A stretch of 64,000 nucleotides of DNA from Octopus sinensis (GCF_006345805.1 NC_043002.1:19778001-19842000), one strand, 5' to 3'; counted from the first letter of the stretch, positions 1 through 13,444 are shown. A program made the numbers and translations. Notes: a model not told the origin generated them from the letters alone.

Positions 1-758
1 TCCCAGATGAACCAACTTCATGGCAGGAGGTGCAGATGAGGGCAGCTGCATCAAACTCTCCCATGCACCAAATGTCAATTGCTAAAAAGCATTCGTGAAG
101 TAAAATTATGTAGCAGCACTAATTGGCGGTGCCCCAGCATGGCCACAGCTCGTGAGTTGAAACTAGATGAAATGAAATAAAATAAAAAAAAAAATTAAAA
201 TAAATAAAATACATACTTTACTGGATTAATTTTAACCTTGCACAGAAAGGCAAATACAAAAATAGAAAGAAAAAAAAAAGGAAATAAAAAAACCGAAAAC
301 CACATTAAAATTGTATTTTTCAGCTGAGATGTTTCAGTGTCCATTGACTATCTTTATATAACCTTGATAACTGCAAAAGAGAAACACACCAGAAACCAGG
401 CCTTCCGTTGTCTCAGAAGCTTAAATGTCAGAGACATTTTCTACAATAACACTGTTGTACTGATAGGATGCTCTGATATGTTTGTTTAAGTATACTTGAG
501 GTTAAGTCAAAAACTAAACTGTCTACATCTGATGAAATAATACAGTATCTGTGTGTAAAATCTAAAACAATCCACAGAGACTTGTGTCTTTAGAGAAAAG
601 AAAATGTCATTCCTGAATCAGCTGTCCATCAGCTAGCCAATAAGTCTAGTTCACTTGAAAATTCTCTGAAACTAATGTACTTAAGTTCTTACTTGCCATA
701 TCTCTGCCCTACCAGTATTATCTATTCACCAAGATAATCTCTCAAGTAGAACCAAACC

Positions 759-810
<52 letters not shown>

Positions 811-1079
811 TTTTTTAAAATATAGCTAAAGCACATTTCATCACATTTATTAAAAGACTGGGTTTATTCTTCGTGAACTTGTGAAAAATCTTCCCAGCCA
901 TACCTAAGTGCAAATATATCCCACATTGAAGGATTCATTACACATCTGGGACAAAACAGCATAGCATATATTCAGACACACAAAGAGCTTGTATGAAGTT
1001 GCTCAACCTACAGGATAAAGCAGCTAAATCTCCCTCGGAACTTTGAGTAAAAACAGAGTGAATCATAACCCTCAAATAA

Positions 1080-1810
1080 ACAATGATATGACACTCTGTC
1101 GGTTACAACGAGGGTTCTAGTTGACCCAATCAACTAAACAGCCTTTCTTTTATACTCTTTTACTTGTTTCAGTTATTTGACTGTGGCCATGCTGGAGCAC
1201 CGCCTTTAGTCAATCGAGCAAATCGACCCCAGGACTTATTCTTTGTAGGCCTAGTACTTATTCTATTGGTCTTTTTTGCCGAACCGCTAAGTTACAGGGA
1301 CGTAAACACACCAGCATCAGTTGTCAAGCGATGTTGGGGGAACAAACACAGACACACAAACATATATACATACATACATATATATATATACATATATACG
1401 ACGGGCTTCTTTCAGTTTCCATCTACCAAGTCCACTCACAAGGCTTTGGTCAGCCTGAGGCTATAGTAGAAGGCACTTGCCCAAGGGGACTGAACCTGGA
1501 ACCATGTGGTTGGTAAGCAAGCTACTTACCACACAGTCACTCCTATGCCTACATGAAATTAATGTGCAAGTGGTTGAGCACTCCACAGACACACATACCC
1601 TTAATGTAGTTCTCTGGGAGATCCAGCATGACACAGAATGTGACAAGGCTGGCCCTTTAAATATAAGTACTACTCATTTTTTCCAGCTGAGTGAATTGGA
1701 GAAATGTGAAATAAAGTGTCCTGCTCAAGGACACAATGCACTACTGAGAATTGAACTCACAACTTTACAATTGTAAGCTGAATACCCTAACCACTAAGCC
1801 ATGTGCTTTC
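1080..1810 (-). mobile_element. tRNA-derived SINE split by a younger SINE insertion
   Basis: A tRNA-like head lies on the minus strand near 1700-1810 (plus strand: ...ccctaaccactaagccatgtg). The body continues at 1550-1700 and 1080-1145 on either side of the inserted element. Confidence 0.65.
1146..1550 (-). mobile_element. Family A tRNA-SINE (gagtggctgtgtggtaag head, central CA/TA microsatellite)
   Basis: A-box/B-box-like head (TGGCTGTGTGG ... GGTTCAGTCCC) on the minus strand. The same sequence recurs more than 15 times in the window. Confidence 0.85.
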
Positions 1811-2152
1811 ACAAACAATGATATAAAATACAAAGAAACATTGAATAATGTAATTGCTACACTATGCCTGGAAACGAGACAAGATGGCCGAAACTGGAAC
1901 ATCTTTATCAGAGGTCTTGTTTTGAAAGACAGTAGGAACTTTAGAAACATTGAAAGCAATAATGCTGAAGTTTTGGTGATTGATGACTTGGTTGGCTATG
2001 AATTTCTTTTTGGTAACAAAGTGTGGTTAAGAAGCTCACTTTGCAACCATGTGATTTTGGGTTCAATCCCACTGTACAGCAGTTTGGGCAAGTGTCTTCC
2101 ATTAGAGCCCTAGGTCAACTTTGGTAGAGGGAATCTGTGTGTAAGTCTGTCT

Positions 2153-2198
<46 letters not shown>

Positions 2199-2561
2199 CA
2201 CACGTAAAAAACACCCACTACACTCGCGGAGTGGTTGGCGTTAGGAAGGGCATCCAGCCGTAGAAACACTGCCAGATCTGACTGGGCCTGACGAAGCCTT
2301 CCAGCTTCACAGACCCCAGTTGACCCGTCCAACCCATGCTAGCATGGAAAGCGGACGCTAAATGATGATGATGATATATATATATCGCCATGATAGATCG
2401 CTAGCCACTACACATTCTTTATTTTCTCTCCTTGTTTCTTTCTGTGTTCTTTTCTGTGGAAGAGCATAGGCTTGAAACATTAAAGACTTTTTCACTTCCT
2501 GAGCGTTATACTAATACATCTGTTTGTTTTCTACACCACCTGTTTTTTTGTGAATTCTCCC

Positions 2562-2594
<33 letters not shown>

Positions 2595-2962
2595 TATATA
2601 TACACACGTAAAAAACACCCACTACACTCGCGGAGTGGTTGGCGTTAGGAAGGGCATCCAGCCGTAGAAACACTGCCAGATCTGACTGGGCCTGACGAAG
2701 CCTTCCAGCTTCACAGACCCCAGTTGACCCGTCCAACCCATGCTAGCATGGAAAGCGGACGCTAAATGATGATGATGATATATATATATCGCCATGATAG
2801 ATCGCTAGCCACTACACATTCTTTATTTTCTCTCCTTGTTTCTTTCTGTGTTCTTTTCTGTGGAAGAGCATAGGCTTGAAACATTAAAGACTTTTTCACT
2901 TCCTGAGCGTTATACTAATACATCTGTTTGTTTTCTACACCACCTGTTTTTTTGTGAATTCT

Positions 2963-2965
<3 letters not shown>
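2199..2965 (+). repeat. Tandem duplication, period 404 bp, bounded by (TA)n tracts
   Basis: 2199-2561 and 2603-2965 are identical by eye. TA tracts sit at 2175-2198, 2562-2602 and 2966-2993. ORFs 2102..2332 and 2506..2736 share the same 404-bp offset. Confidence 0.95.
2448..2486 (+). ncRNA. Degenerate minimal hammerhead-like motif (second copy at 2852-2890)
   Basis: tcttt(t)-CTGTGGA-a-gagc atag gctt-GAAAC-att-a-aaga. Stem I and stem II can form, but the core deviates from CUGANGA. Confidence 0.4.
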
Positions 2966-2992
<27 letters not shown>

Positions 2993-2996
<4 letters not shown>

Positions 2997-3180
2997 TCAT
3001 CATCATCATCATTTAACGTCCGTTTTCCACGCTAGCATGGGTTGGATGGTTCGACTGGGGTCTGGAAGCCATGGAGGCTGCACCAGACTCTAGTCTGATT
3101 TGGCAGTGTTTCTACAGCTGGATGTCCTTCCTAACGCCAACCACTCCGAGAGTGTAGTGGGTGTTTTTTATGTGTCACTG
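2993..3180 (-). mobile_element. Family C RTE-tail non-autonomous retroelement with (GAT)n tail
   Basis: Carries the ggatgcccttcctaacgccaaccac-type motif and a (CAT)n end abutting (TA)n. About 20 copies occur in the window. Confidence 0.8.
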
Positions 3181-3586
3181 GCAATTTGGAGAAGGACTGA
3201 GAGAGCAATGGTGAGAGAAATGTGTGGGGTGGAGCTGTTTGATAAAAGAAGGACTGGGGATTAGATGGGAATGCTGGGGTTGGAGGAATCGGTGGAATGG
3301 TTGGCAAGGACGAATGGAGTGAGGTGGTATGGGTATGTGTTGAGGAGGAATGAAGAGCATGTTTTGAGGAGGGTGATTACGTTTGAGGTAAATGAAAGCG
3401 AGGTAGACCAAGGAAAAGGTGGAGGAGATTGGGAAGGTTGGTTTGAAAAAAGGAGGATGCTCCAAACCAGGCTAGATGGTGAGATGGTGTGAGGGCAGTT
3501 GCAGTGGCATTAAGGTAGGTTCGGCCTTCCTCGTTAATGGGGACAAAACCCAGATTTAAAACACTTGATGATGATGATGATGATGA
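3181..3586 (+). mobile_element. RTE-clade LINE 3' end (degenerate)
   Basis: GLEESVEWLARTNGVRWYGYVLRRNEEHVLRRVITFEV matches the RTE C-terminal RWxGHVLRR motif. It is followed by a 3'UTR and a (GAT)n tail. Confidence 0.85.
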
Positions 3587-4333
3587 TCACACACACATGC
3601 ATATAGACAGACAGAGGTGTGAGAGTTTTTCAATTTGTCTCACCCCACCCCACTGCTTGACAACAAGTGTTGATTTGTTTACAGCTGTAACTTAGTGGTT
3701 TGACAAAAGAGACTGACAGAATAAGTACCATTCTTTTTTTTTTGTAAATAATCACTGGAGTTGATTCTTTGGACTAAACTCTTCAAAGTAGTGCTCAGCA
3801 TTGCCACAATTCAATGACTAAAACAAGTGAAAGATAAGAGATTTTCATTTTCTTTCCCATGTGCATCACACAGTTGAAGAGCTTTGAGGTTCTCCTAATA
3901 ACTTTAGATCAGGCTGTGAGAATGCTTTGATGCCTGCAAACGTATCAATTTGTAATCTAAGTAGTTTTTAATGATTCTAGCTTTGGTAGACTTCTTTCTT
4001 TTTTTTTTTTTTTGCAAGATTGGCCATGTTGATAGATGGATTTGCTCTGCTAAATCATTTTCAACCACACAGAAAGCTGCATGTACACTTGCAATTTCTG
4101 CAAGTACCATTAAAATGAACAGAAAGCATCTTCGCTAACCTAAAGTCTAGCTTAAACTGTTGCATCCTCTGCCTTGACAACGACTTGTCGTAAGGGCTAC
4201 ACCAAATACAGTATCATCATCATCATCATATTTTTTATACTCATATACACAGGACAGAATTTTATGTGTCACCTGCACAAGAGCCAGTCAGGTGGTACTG
4301 ACATCAGCCACACTTGAATGGTGCTTTTTATAA

Positions 4334-4375
<42 letters not shown>

Positions 4376-4859
4376 GGGCACATGGCTTAGTGGTTAGGGT
4401 GTTGCACTCATAAGCTAGAGATCGTGATTTTAATTCCTACACCAGGTGATGTGCTGTGTTCTTGAGCAAAACACTTTGTCTCATGTTGCTCTGCAGTCAC
4501 CTGATGTGTGGTACACCATACACCTGTTCAGATAACTTCGATTTGATGGAGAGAGTGAGCTAATATGTGGCAGGAATATTTGATCAGCATAAACAAATCA
4601 TTTGTGCAAGTCATTTGTCAAAAGTTGAATGCTTATATGTCGTTTTTGATGGGAGAATCCATCATTTATATATATATATATATACAGAGAGAGTGAGTGT
4701 TGAAATTTACAGAAAAACAAAAGATGAAGACAGGTGCATAAACAACAAACAGGTGTATTAGTTTGATGCTTGGGAAGGTGAGAAAGTCTTTTACATGGCA
4801 GGTATCCTATGATGGATACCTCTTATGTGTTTAAATGTACACTGTATTTACATAATCAC

Positions 4860-4920
<61 letters not shown>

Positions 4921-5060
4921 CGGAGATGTACTTGCATAGCAAGTGACTTGATCTGAGATCGTGTGCTGGAATGAAAGCAATTGCAGTGTGGAAGGTGTTT
5001 ATAAGCCATTTAAGAAACACAAAAAACCGTTAGGTTTACTTCAACATTTAAATATATGTT

Positions 5061-5091
<31 letters not shown>

Positions 5092-6047
5092 TATATATAA
5101 TATATATAAACATTTAAATATATATATATAACATTATATATATAATATATATATATTTAAATAAATATATAACATTATATATATTTATACATATACATAC
5201 ATGTATTAAAAAACACACAACTTTATATTAGTAAATTTGTGTGCATGCTTGTAGATGGATAAATAGATAGATAAGCCACATGTGTATCCTAGTGATACAC
5301 TGGATACACTACATCCTTACAAGCTGTAAGAGATGACTAAAAGAGTTAGCGACTGGAAGGGCATCCAGCAGTGTAACATTCCCACAGAAAATCCATCCAA
5401 CCAATTCCAGCATGGAAAGGTGGATGTAAAAAAAAGATGATGAAGTTGATAATAGATAGATAGATAGAAAGAAAAGAAGAAAGGAAGAAGAGAGATAGAT
5501 AGATAGATGGATAGATAGACACACATACATACATGTATAAACAAATGTATGTGTAGATAAGGATTATAGTTAAGTACTTTCCAGGAGTGTATGTAATGTG
5601 TGTGTGTTTGTGGGGGTATGCGGGGGTGTTTGTGTGTGTGTGTGTGTGTTTTATATAATAAAAACACATCTCATCAGAGTGACTGATTGAATGATTGGAG
5701 TACTTAATCGATTGATGAATAATCTCATTTGAATTCGTCTTGAAATGAATTAATTGCTTGAATTAACGAGATATTGCAATAGCTGAGTGAATAACATGTC
5801 AGCCTGATCATGCACAGATTGTCTAACCAGCCTACCTTACACATAAACTTCCATACCTCTGCCCTAATTACTTATCCCAGTTACACCATTTTATTTCTCT
5901 CTTACCCTAACCCTGCTCTAACTATATATGTCCTAACTACACCACTTCATGTCTTTGGTATCCTATCTTACAACAAGCTCCACATCTTAACCATCCCACT
6001 ACATACCTCTATACTCCACATTTACCTCAGCTATATATTTAAATGAC

Positions 6048-6282
6048 GTTAGGTGGCGAGCTGGCAGAAACGTTAGCATGCCGGGTGAAATGCTTAGCGG
6101 TATTTCGTCTGTCGTTACGTTCTGAGTTCAAATTCCACTGAGATCGACTTTGCCTTTCATCCTTTCGGGATCGATAAATAAAGTATCAGTTTCGCACTGG
6201 GGTTGCTGTAATCGACTTAATCCATTTGTCTGTCCTTGTTTGTCCCCTCTATGTTTAGCCCCTTGTGGGCAGTAAAGAAATA
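6048..6282 (+). mobile_element. Family B SINE with 16-bp TSD
   Basis: ggcgagctggcagaaacgttagc head and gactttgcctttcatcctttcgggatcgataaa central domain. TSD tatatatttaaatgac at 6032-6047 and 6283-6298. Confidence 0.9.
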
Positions 6283-6298
6283 TATATATTTAAATGAC

Positions 6299-6902
6299 AG
6301 TCTCCTCATTTAAGTTGGTGAATGCTGCCATAATCCTTGCCTTCAGTTCATCTTTGGTGTTACAAGGAGTTTTGTTAGTCTCTTGCTCAACTGCACCTCA
6401 TACATAAATGATCAAGGAAGTTACAGTCTGGGGAGTTAGGTGGCCAGATGTTAGGGGTGATGTGGTTGCAGAAATTGTCTGACAGCCATAACTGGGTTCT
6501 ACTGCTTGTGTGTTCCTCCAGGAACTTGATATAGGCCTCTGTGTTGGGTCTGAGGCTGAGTGGAAAAATGAATGGAGGCATAATAATGTTGCCATCACTA
6601 GTGATCACTCCAAACACCATGATGCTGAGTGGATGTTTGAATTTTATTCCTCTTGCATGTCCTCAGATTGACACCTAAACACTCTGAAATGTGTGTATTA
6701 AAGCTTCTGGTATGAATGCCAAGCAGTATTGCATGTCATTTCCAAATTTCTGGCAGAGTGAATTGTGTCATGGTGCTGTTTTTCTCACAGATGGTGCCCA
6801 ACTGACTCTACTATGCTGTGTAGTCGACAAAATCAAAAACAAACAATGCACATGCACGAAATTAACAATATAAAATGACGACAATTTACCCATCACACCT
6901 TG
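6299..6902 (-). mobile_element. Internally deleted maT/DD37D-like Tc1-mariner transposon
   Basis: Minus-strand remnants MVFGVITSDG..MPPFIFP, WLSDNF..HITPNIWPPNSPDCNFLD and GAVEQETNKTPCNTKDELKARI, plus an N-terminal remnant. One terminus lies at TA 6903-6904; the other end is lost. Confidence 0.75.
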
Positions 6903-6911
6903 TAAATATAA

Positions 6912-6944
<33 letters not shown>

Positions 6945-6976
6945 CTAGCATGGAAAACAGACATTAAACGATGATG

Positions 6977-7007
<31 letters not shown>

Positions 7008-9262
7008 AATATGACTGTGCTGTTATATATATATATATAGTTGTATATATATGATGGGCTTCTTTCAGTTTCCATCTATTTAACCCACTCACAAGGCTTT
7101 GGCTGGCCTGGAACTATAGCAGGAGACACTTGTCCAAAGTGTCACACAAGTGGGACTGAACCCAAAACGATGTAGTTGGTAAACATATTTCTTAACCACA
7201 CAGCCACATCTGTTTTACATATCCCTTACCTCTACCACTACTCCCATCCACCAAAATAATTACCTCAGGATATTCCTCTCTGTTTATTCTGACTTATTTC
7301 TCCTGTAGTTTCCACAAACCATTATCCATTAACCATTCAGCTAATCTACTTGTTTAATCTCTAACTCATCCTTGCCACTACATATACCCTGGTAATCCTC
7401 ACCCATTAACCCATCCTAATTGCCTAAGAACCTCCCTCAACATCTATCTTCAGTTTCCTTTTTGGTGGAAGGGGAGGTTAGTCCCTAACTTTCATACATC
7501 TTATCTTATTTTTCTATTGGTTCAATCTGGAGGAAGGGGCTATACGTATGACCTTTGCAGACAGTCTTTGGAATTAATTTTCCTCTTGAATAATTCCAGC
7601 TTAATGGCTGCAAGAAAAAAACATCCACATCTATCCCATCTACCCTTATCTAACAAAAGCTAAGATATTCGGATGGAGGAGTAGTAGTTGCAGTCTGGCA
7701 AGGAAGGTTCTAATTCTGCCAACTTAATCAGGCAGCAACATCGGTAGCAGCGTCAGCAACAACAACAACGGGTGGATACATTGTTGTAAAGTAAAGTGAA
7801 AGCATTGTTGAGATGGTTTTTGTGTGAGAGATGTAGGTGACATGATCTTATGACACCATTTGTGAAATATAGGACAAAGATAATAAATGTGAAGGTGGGC
7901 GTACAAATAAATGTATCCACCAGGAAATGAATAAAAGAAAGCAGGAATTAAGAAAATATATTATAAATGGATTTGTGTGTGTGTGTATGAATCCTTAAAC
8001 ACAGACGGAAACACATGCTACAAACGTATATACACGCATGCACACATACACACATACATGCATACACACATGTGTAAGCACACACACATACAAACACATA
8101 TGTATACATACACACACATGTATACATACACACACATATGTATACACATACACACACATGTATACACACACATGCACATGCGAGCGTGCACACACAAACA
8201 CACACACATGCACACGTGTTTATGGTTCAGTTTTATTAATTGATTGATCAACTGATAAAATATATACATATGTATAATCATCATCTTCATCAGCATCACT
8301 TAATGTCTGCCCCCCCCCCCATGCTGGCATGGGTGGGACAGTTTGACAGACACCAGCCAGGCAGAAGCCTGCACCAGACTTCTGCAACTGTTTTGGCAGG
8401 ATTTTTACAGCTGGATGTCCTTCCTAGCACCAGCCATCCAGCAGAGTGGACTTACTGCTTTTTATGAGGCACAAACACAGGCGAGGTTTTTACAGCTGGA
8501 TGCCCTTCCAAATGCCAACCACTTTACAGCGTGGACTGGACGCTTTTTAAGTGGAACCTGCACTGACATGGTCACCAAGTAACTTGCAAGACAAATAAAT
8601 CTCTTTTGAGAGGGGAAGGGGCATTAAAAGGGATCTTGTATCAGATAATGAAAGGTTATATTGAGACAGAGAGACAGAACCAAGCGTCTTGCTGTAAGAG
8701 GAGGTACAAGATTACCCAGCCCGGGGGGGGGGGGTGAGATCAGGAATGAAGACAGAAACAGGTGCATTACCGCAAAGGAAATACATGTTTATCCAACCTG
8801 AGTGAAGTGCAGAGGAAGAAGAGAAAGAGTGGGAGACACCAGGATAGACTTAGTGGCAAAGTTCTGAGTATAATCCAAATGGACAGGGATCAGAATTTAT
8901 ACACATATCAAAACAGAAGATTGGAAAATTTTTCGTATTATCTATTCACCATTACACATGTTTCATTTTCTAATAGGAGTTACAAAATTGTACATGTAGT
9001 AGAAACTATGTAAGATATTCTCAGATCAGAAATTCTTCAAACATAGAATCAAATCATACAAAATTTACATTTGGATGGAGCATTTATATGTAATTAGTAA
9101 TCAGGAGTCCTTTAGACGGAAGAAAGAAAAATAAAACTAGTAATATAGAAAAAAAGAGAGAGGCTTAGAGAATGAACCCAATTATGCATATGCACACAAA
9201 GTCACACATATATACATATATACACACATATATATATACATACAAATACATATATATATATA

Positions 9263-10935
9263 CACTACCGTCAGAAATTAATTAGCACCCTTGATTTGCT
9301 CTTCACTCAAGGTATTTGCTGTCACCTAGTGGCCATATCTCGAACTATTGCTTTGTTGTGAGTTCACTGTTGCGCAGAACGATGACGTAACTTTGTTTGC
9401 AGAGCAGTTTGAGAGTCTACAGCCTAATGATGTTGACATAGCAGTGCAACAACAACTTGGAGTGCGGATGCAGACAAATCTTCCTTTGTTTAATAGATAT
9501 AGGTAGCGCCTCGCAAGGACCGAAATCACACCGTACTAAGTTTTCTCATCGCGTAAGACGTTTTGAACAGCTCGTAGGTTAATTGATTTGTGTATTTGCA
9601 AGATTTTTTTTCCTCACAAATTCTCCTACACTCTGCTTGATGATGTCACTTCCGGTTCACAAAACTTTCTGTTATACATCAAATAAGGTGAGAAATTCTG
9701 CTTTCTTTCTTTTTTGTTTAATGAATAATAACTCATAGCAGTTTTGTTATAGCATAACATTATTCAAATGAATAGTTTTAATGAAAATAACTGGTTTTTA
9801 TCGTTCATTCCTAGATGGGCCCAAGACCTCGCATGATCTTGGAGAGACGGTATGAGGCTCTCTCGTGGCGTGGGAAGCTGTCGGAGGCTGCAATAGCCAG
9901 AAACTTGGTGTAGCCAGGCGCACAATTCAGTGCTTATTTAAGAAATACGAGGAAACCAGTTCAGCAGCTGACAAAAAGGGTAGGGGACGGAAGAGGCTGA
10001 CGACCCAGCGGGAGGACCAGATGCTGATCCGAAAGTTACTGTACAACCGAAGGGCAACGAGCCAGCAACTGGCGGAGGAGATGCAAAAGATGACAGGGAA
10101 GCAGTTGTCTACAACTACCGTCAAGACCAGATTACTGGAAGCTGGTCTAAAATCCTGTAGGGCCGCCCATAAGCCGCTCCTTACAGCCCACAAGACATGG
10201 ACTGTGCAGCAGTAGTGGACAGTGATGTTCACTGACGAGTCGCAATTCAGTCTCGTCAGTGACAAGCCTGTCCATGTGCGACACCGCAGGGGTGAGCACT
10301 TCAACAAAGACTGCATTGCTCCCACCATGAAGCATGGTGGGGGTGGTCTGATGGTGTGAGGGGCGTTCAGCTACAGTGGTGTTGGGTGGCTCTATGCCGT
10401 CGAAGGCAACATCAACGCAGCAAAGTACGTTGAGATAGTACGGGATACCTCTTTGGTGGCGAGGAGTACGTGCTCCAGCAGGACAACGCGCCTTCCCACA
10501 CAGCCAAGCTCACAACCAGTTTCGTCAAGGACCATGGGGTGACGGTCATGGACTGGCCTGGCCAGTCACCTGACCTGAACCCTATTGAGAACCTCTGGAG
10601 TCGATTGGTAGGGATTTGAATGTGCAGCAATACAGGAACCGACACAAGCTGTTTGGGGCACTTCTTGCTGCATGGAGGGCCATCCCTGCACAGTACCTGC
10701 AGGCACTCATAGACAGCATGCCGACCCGCATAGCAGCTGTCATTGCTGCCAAAGGAGGAGCAACAAGATATTGACTAAATTTCACGATTAATAACAATTA
10801 TGTGGTGTGCTGGGATATGTTTTAATAAATTTTTGATTAAAAACGAGTTCGTTTCTGATAATAAGTTAATTAAATTAAGAAAATGTAAGAAAATGTAGAA
10901 ATTTGAGAAGTGCTAATTAATTTCCGACGCAAGTG
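9263..10935 (+). mobile_element. Full-length Tc1 (DD34E) DNA transposon, inactive
   Basis: TIRs cactaccgtcagaaattaattagcac (left) and reverse-complement cacttgcgtcggaaattaattagcac (right). Flanked by TA inside a TA/CA microsatellite. Length 1673 bp. Confidence 0.95.
9815..10774 (+). pseudogene. Tc1 transposase pseudogene (frameshifts and stops)
   Basis: HTH region KLGVARRTIQ..KGRGRKRLTT, then FTDES, KHGGGGLMV, QQDNAPSHT and WPGQSPDLNPIENLW (34 residues between D and E), and C-terminal SMPTRIAAVIAAKGGATRY. Confidence 0.95.
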
Positions 10936-12438
10936 TATATATATATATACACACACACACACATATATACATATAGATCTACATATATATATGTACATTA
11001 AGGCGGTGACCTGGCAGAAACGTTAGCGTCCCGGGCGAAATGCTTAGCGGTATTTCATCTGCCATGTTCTGAGTTCAAATTCCCCTGAGGTCGACTTTGC
11101 CTGTCATCCTTTCAGGGTCGATAAATAAGTACCAGTTACGCACTGGGGTTGATGTAATCGACTTAATCCCTTTGTCTGTATCCATCCATGAAAACCAAGC
11201 CAAATCAGATTGGACCCTGCTTACCAGTTTTCAGTCAAACAATCCAACCCATGCCAGCGTGGTAAATGGACGTTAAATGATGATGATGATATACACATTT
11301 GCATTAGCACATTTAAAATATATATTTCTACACTCTCTCTCTCACACACACACACACATTCACATTTACACATATACATATGCTTATAAATATATTTCCA
11401 TATGCACAGATGCTGATGCATAATACATAACCACAAAGACACATATACATATTAACTGATATATGAGCAAACACATAGATATACCCATATACATGGATAA
11501 ATGTAACATACAAACACATATTTCGTCATACACTTAGACAGATGCAAACCTTCTATAGAGATGTAATTGATATTATGATCAACATTGAAAATCACATTTA
11601 AAAAATGAATTTTGTTTCACACACAGTCCATACATATACAAGCAGCATTTTCAGTATTTGTGTCTATAAAAAGACACAAATACACATACATGCACACAGA
11701 TGTATACTGTCACTTACACATAGACACAGATATAAGGAAATATATAATGATGCATTTATATATGTATGTGTAAGATCATTTTCATATCTATGCTTATAGG
11801 ATTTGAAGCAATAACAGAATTTTTTTTTAAATGTGTATAATGCGATTACAGCAGTATTTTATTTTAAAAAACATCAAATTCGCTATGTAAATGATAATAA
11901 TAGTTATAACAACAAAAACAATAACAACAATGAAAATTACGATAAAAATCACATTAGATAATTTGAATTATATGTATAATTTTACAAGCAAAAGAGAGGG
12001 GACTAGTGAAATATCATGACTCCAGTAGCAGATGGTATTAATTATACAGAGGTAGGATCAATGGAATGCAGAGACAATAAAGACAGAGTAAATGTTTTGT
12101 GAACTTATTAATTGTTATTTTGTCAGCTCATCAATTGTATTGTCGAAGGTGATAATAGCAGCAGCGACAATAATAATAGTCACAATACTGTTAAGTTAAC
12201 TTTATATCAATTACATCAATATTATGTCTAACTAAATTGTGTTACATATGACTTAGGCAAAGGGATTATATATCTAATCATTATATATATTAATATATAA
12301 TTGTTTTTTTTTTTAAAGGTTTTATGAGAAATATATTTCAGAGGGGAAACAAACAGTCAAAAATTGTATTTGTGTGTGCACACACACACACATACACATA
12401 ATCACACGTATAAATACATACACACACACGTACATACA

Positions 12439-12487
<49 letters not shown>

Positions 12488-12508
12488 CAAAAGTACTCAT
12501 ACATACAA

Positions 12509-12549
<41 letters not shown>

Positions 12550-13039
12550 CAGAGAGAGAGAGAGAGAGAGAGAAACAGACAAGCAGAGATTTCAAAGAAT
12601 ACTATAATAAATGTATTCTACAAGAACCCAATGTATTTAGACAAGGAAAATCAGGATTAATTCCAAACTGTATTAAAATTTTTCAAATCATATAACCTTT
12701 TTATGGGTCTAAAACATACTAAGAATATATAGATGTATATACACACATATGCACACACACATATATATATACATAAAGGCATACACATATATGTATATAT
12801 ACAAAAATACACATTCATACAAATATACATATAAACATACACACAAATACATTTTTTACCAAGACATCTACACACACACACACACATACACATATTCTTA
12901 TATACTATAGATTATGTATATATTCTTATATATCATAATATATATATACACACACACATGAATTGAGTTGTCTATATGTTTCCATCTTGCATGCAAGAAC
13001 TACAAAACTAACACCCAGAAACTGATGCATATTATTATT

Positions 13040-13430
13040 TTCCATTTTATATTGTCTATGGAAAAATGATTTATCTGACCATTTCCTCTTCCCAAATTGT
13101 TAGCAATTTTAACTTTTTGTAGTGTCGTAGTGAGCGGTGTCGTGGCCAATACGAATTGTAATGAAGACAAGCTGTCACCTTGGAATATTCCATATCTGAT
13201 GTTCATTTTCCGAGTTTTTGTTTTCCTCTGATCAATTCAGTATTCCAATGTTTCATACTTTCACTAAGCATTTCTCCATGATTTTTTTGCTATTGCAAAC
13301 ATGCTCATTGTTTTATTTACCCAACTGTGTGGTACCATGTCATATGCTTTTTTGTAATTTAGCAATGCTACATTCAGTCCTGTCAATCTGCATCTACAAT
13401 TTCTAATTATCATTTTATCAACATTAGTTG
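13040..13430 (-). mobile_element. Inverted RT segment of an R4/Dong-clade LINE
   Basis: Minus-strand VDKMIIRNC..LLNYKKAYDMVPHSW and GIFQGDSLS.L.FVLA match RT domains 3-5 of restriction-endonuclease LINEs. Confidence 0.85.
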
Positions 13431-13444
13431 ATAAAATGATATTT

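Noticed and set aside
7948-8299. Cys/Val- and His/Thr-rich ORFs (also at 12.3, 45.7, 55.5 and 61 kb)
   Set aside because: Translation of alternating (CA/TA)n microsatellite DNA.
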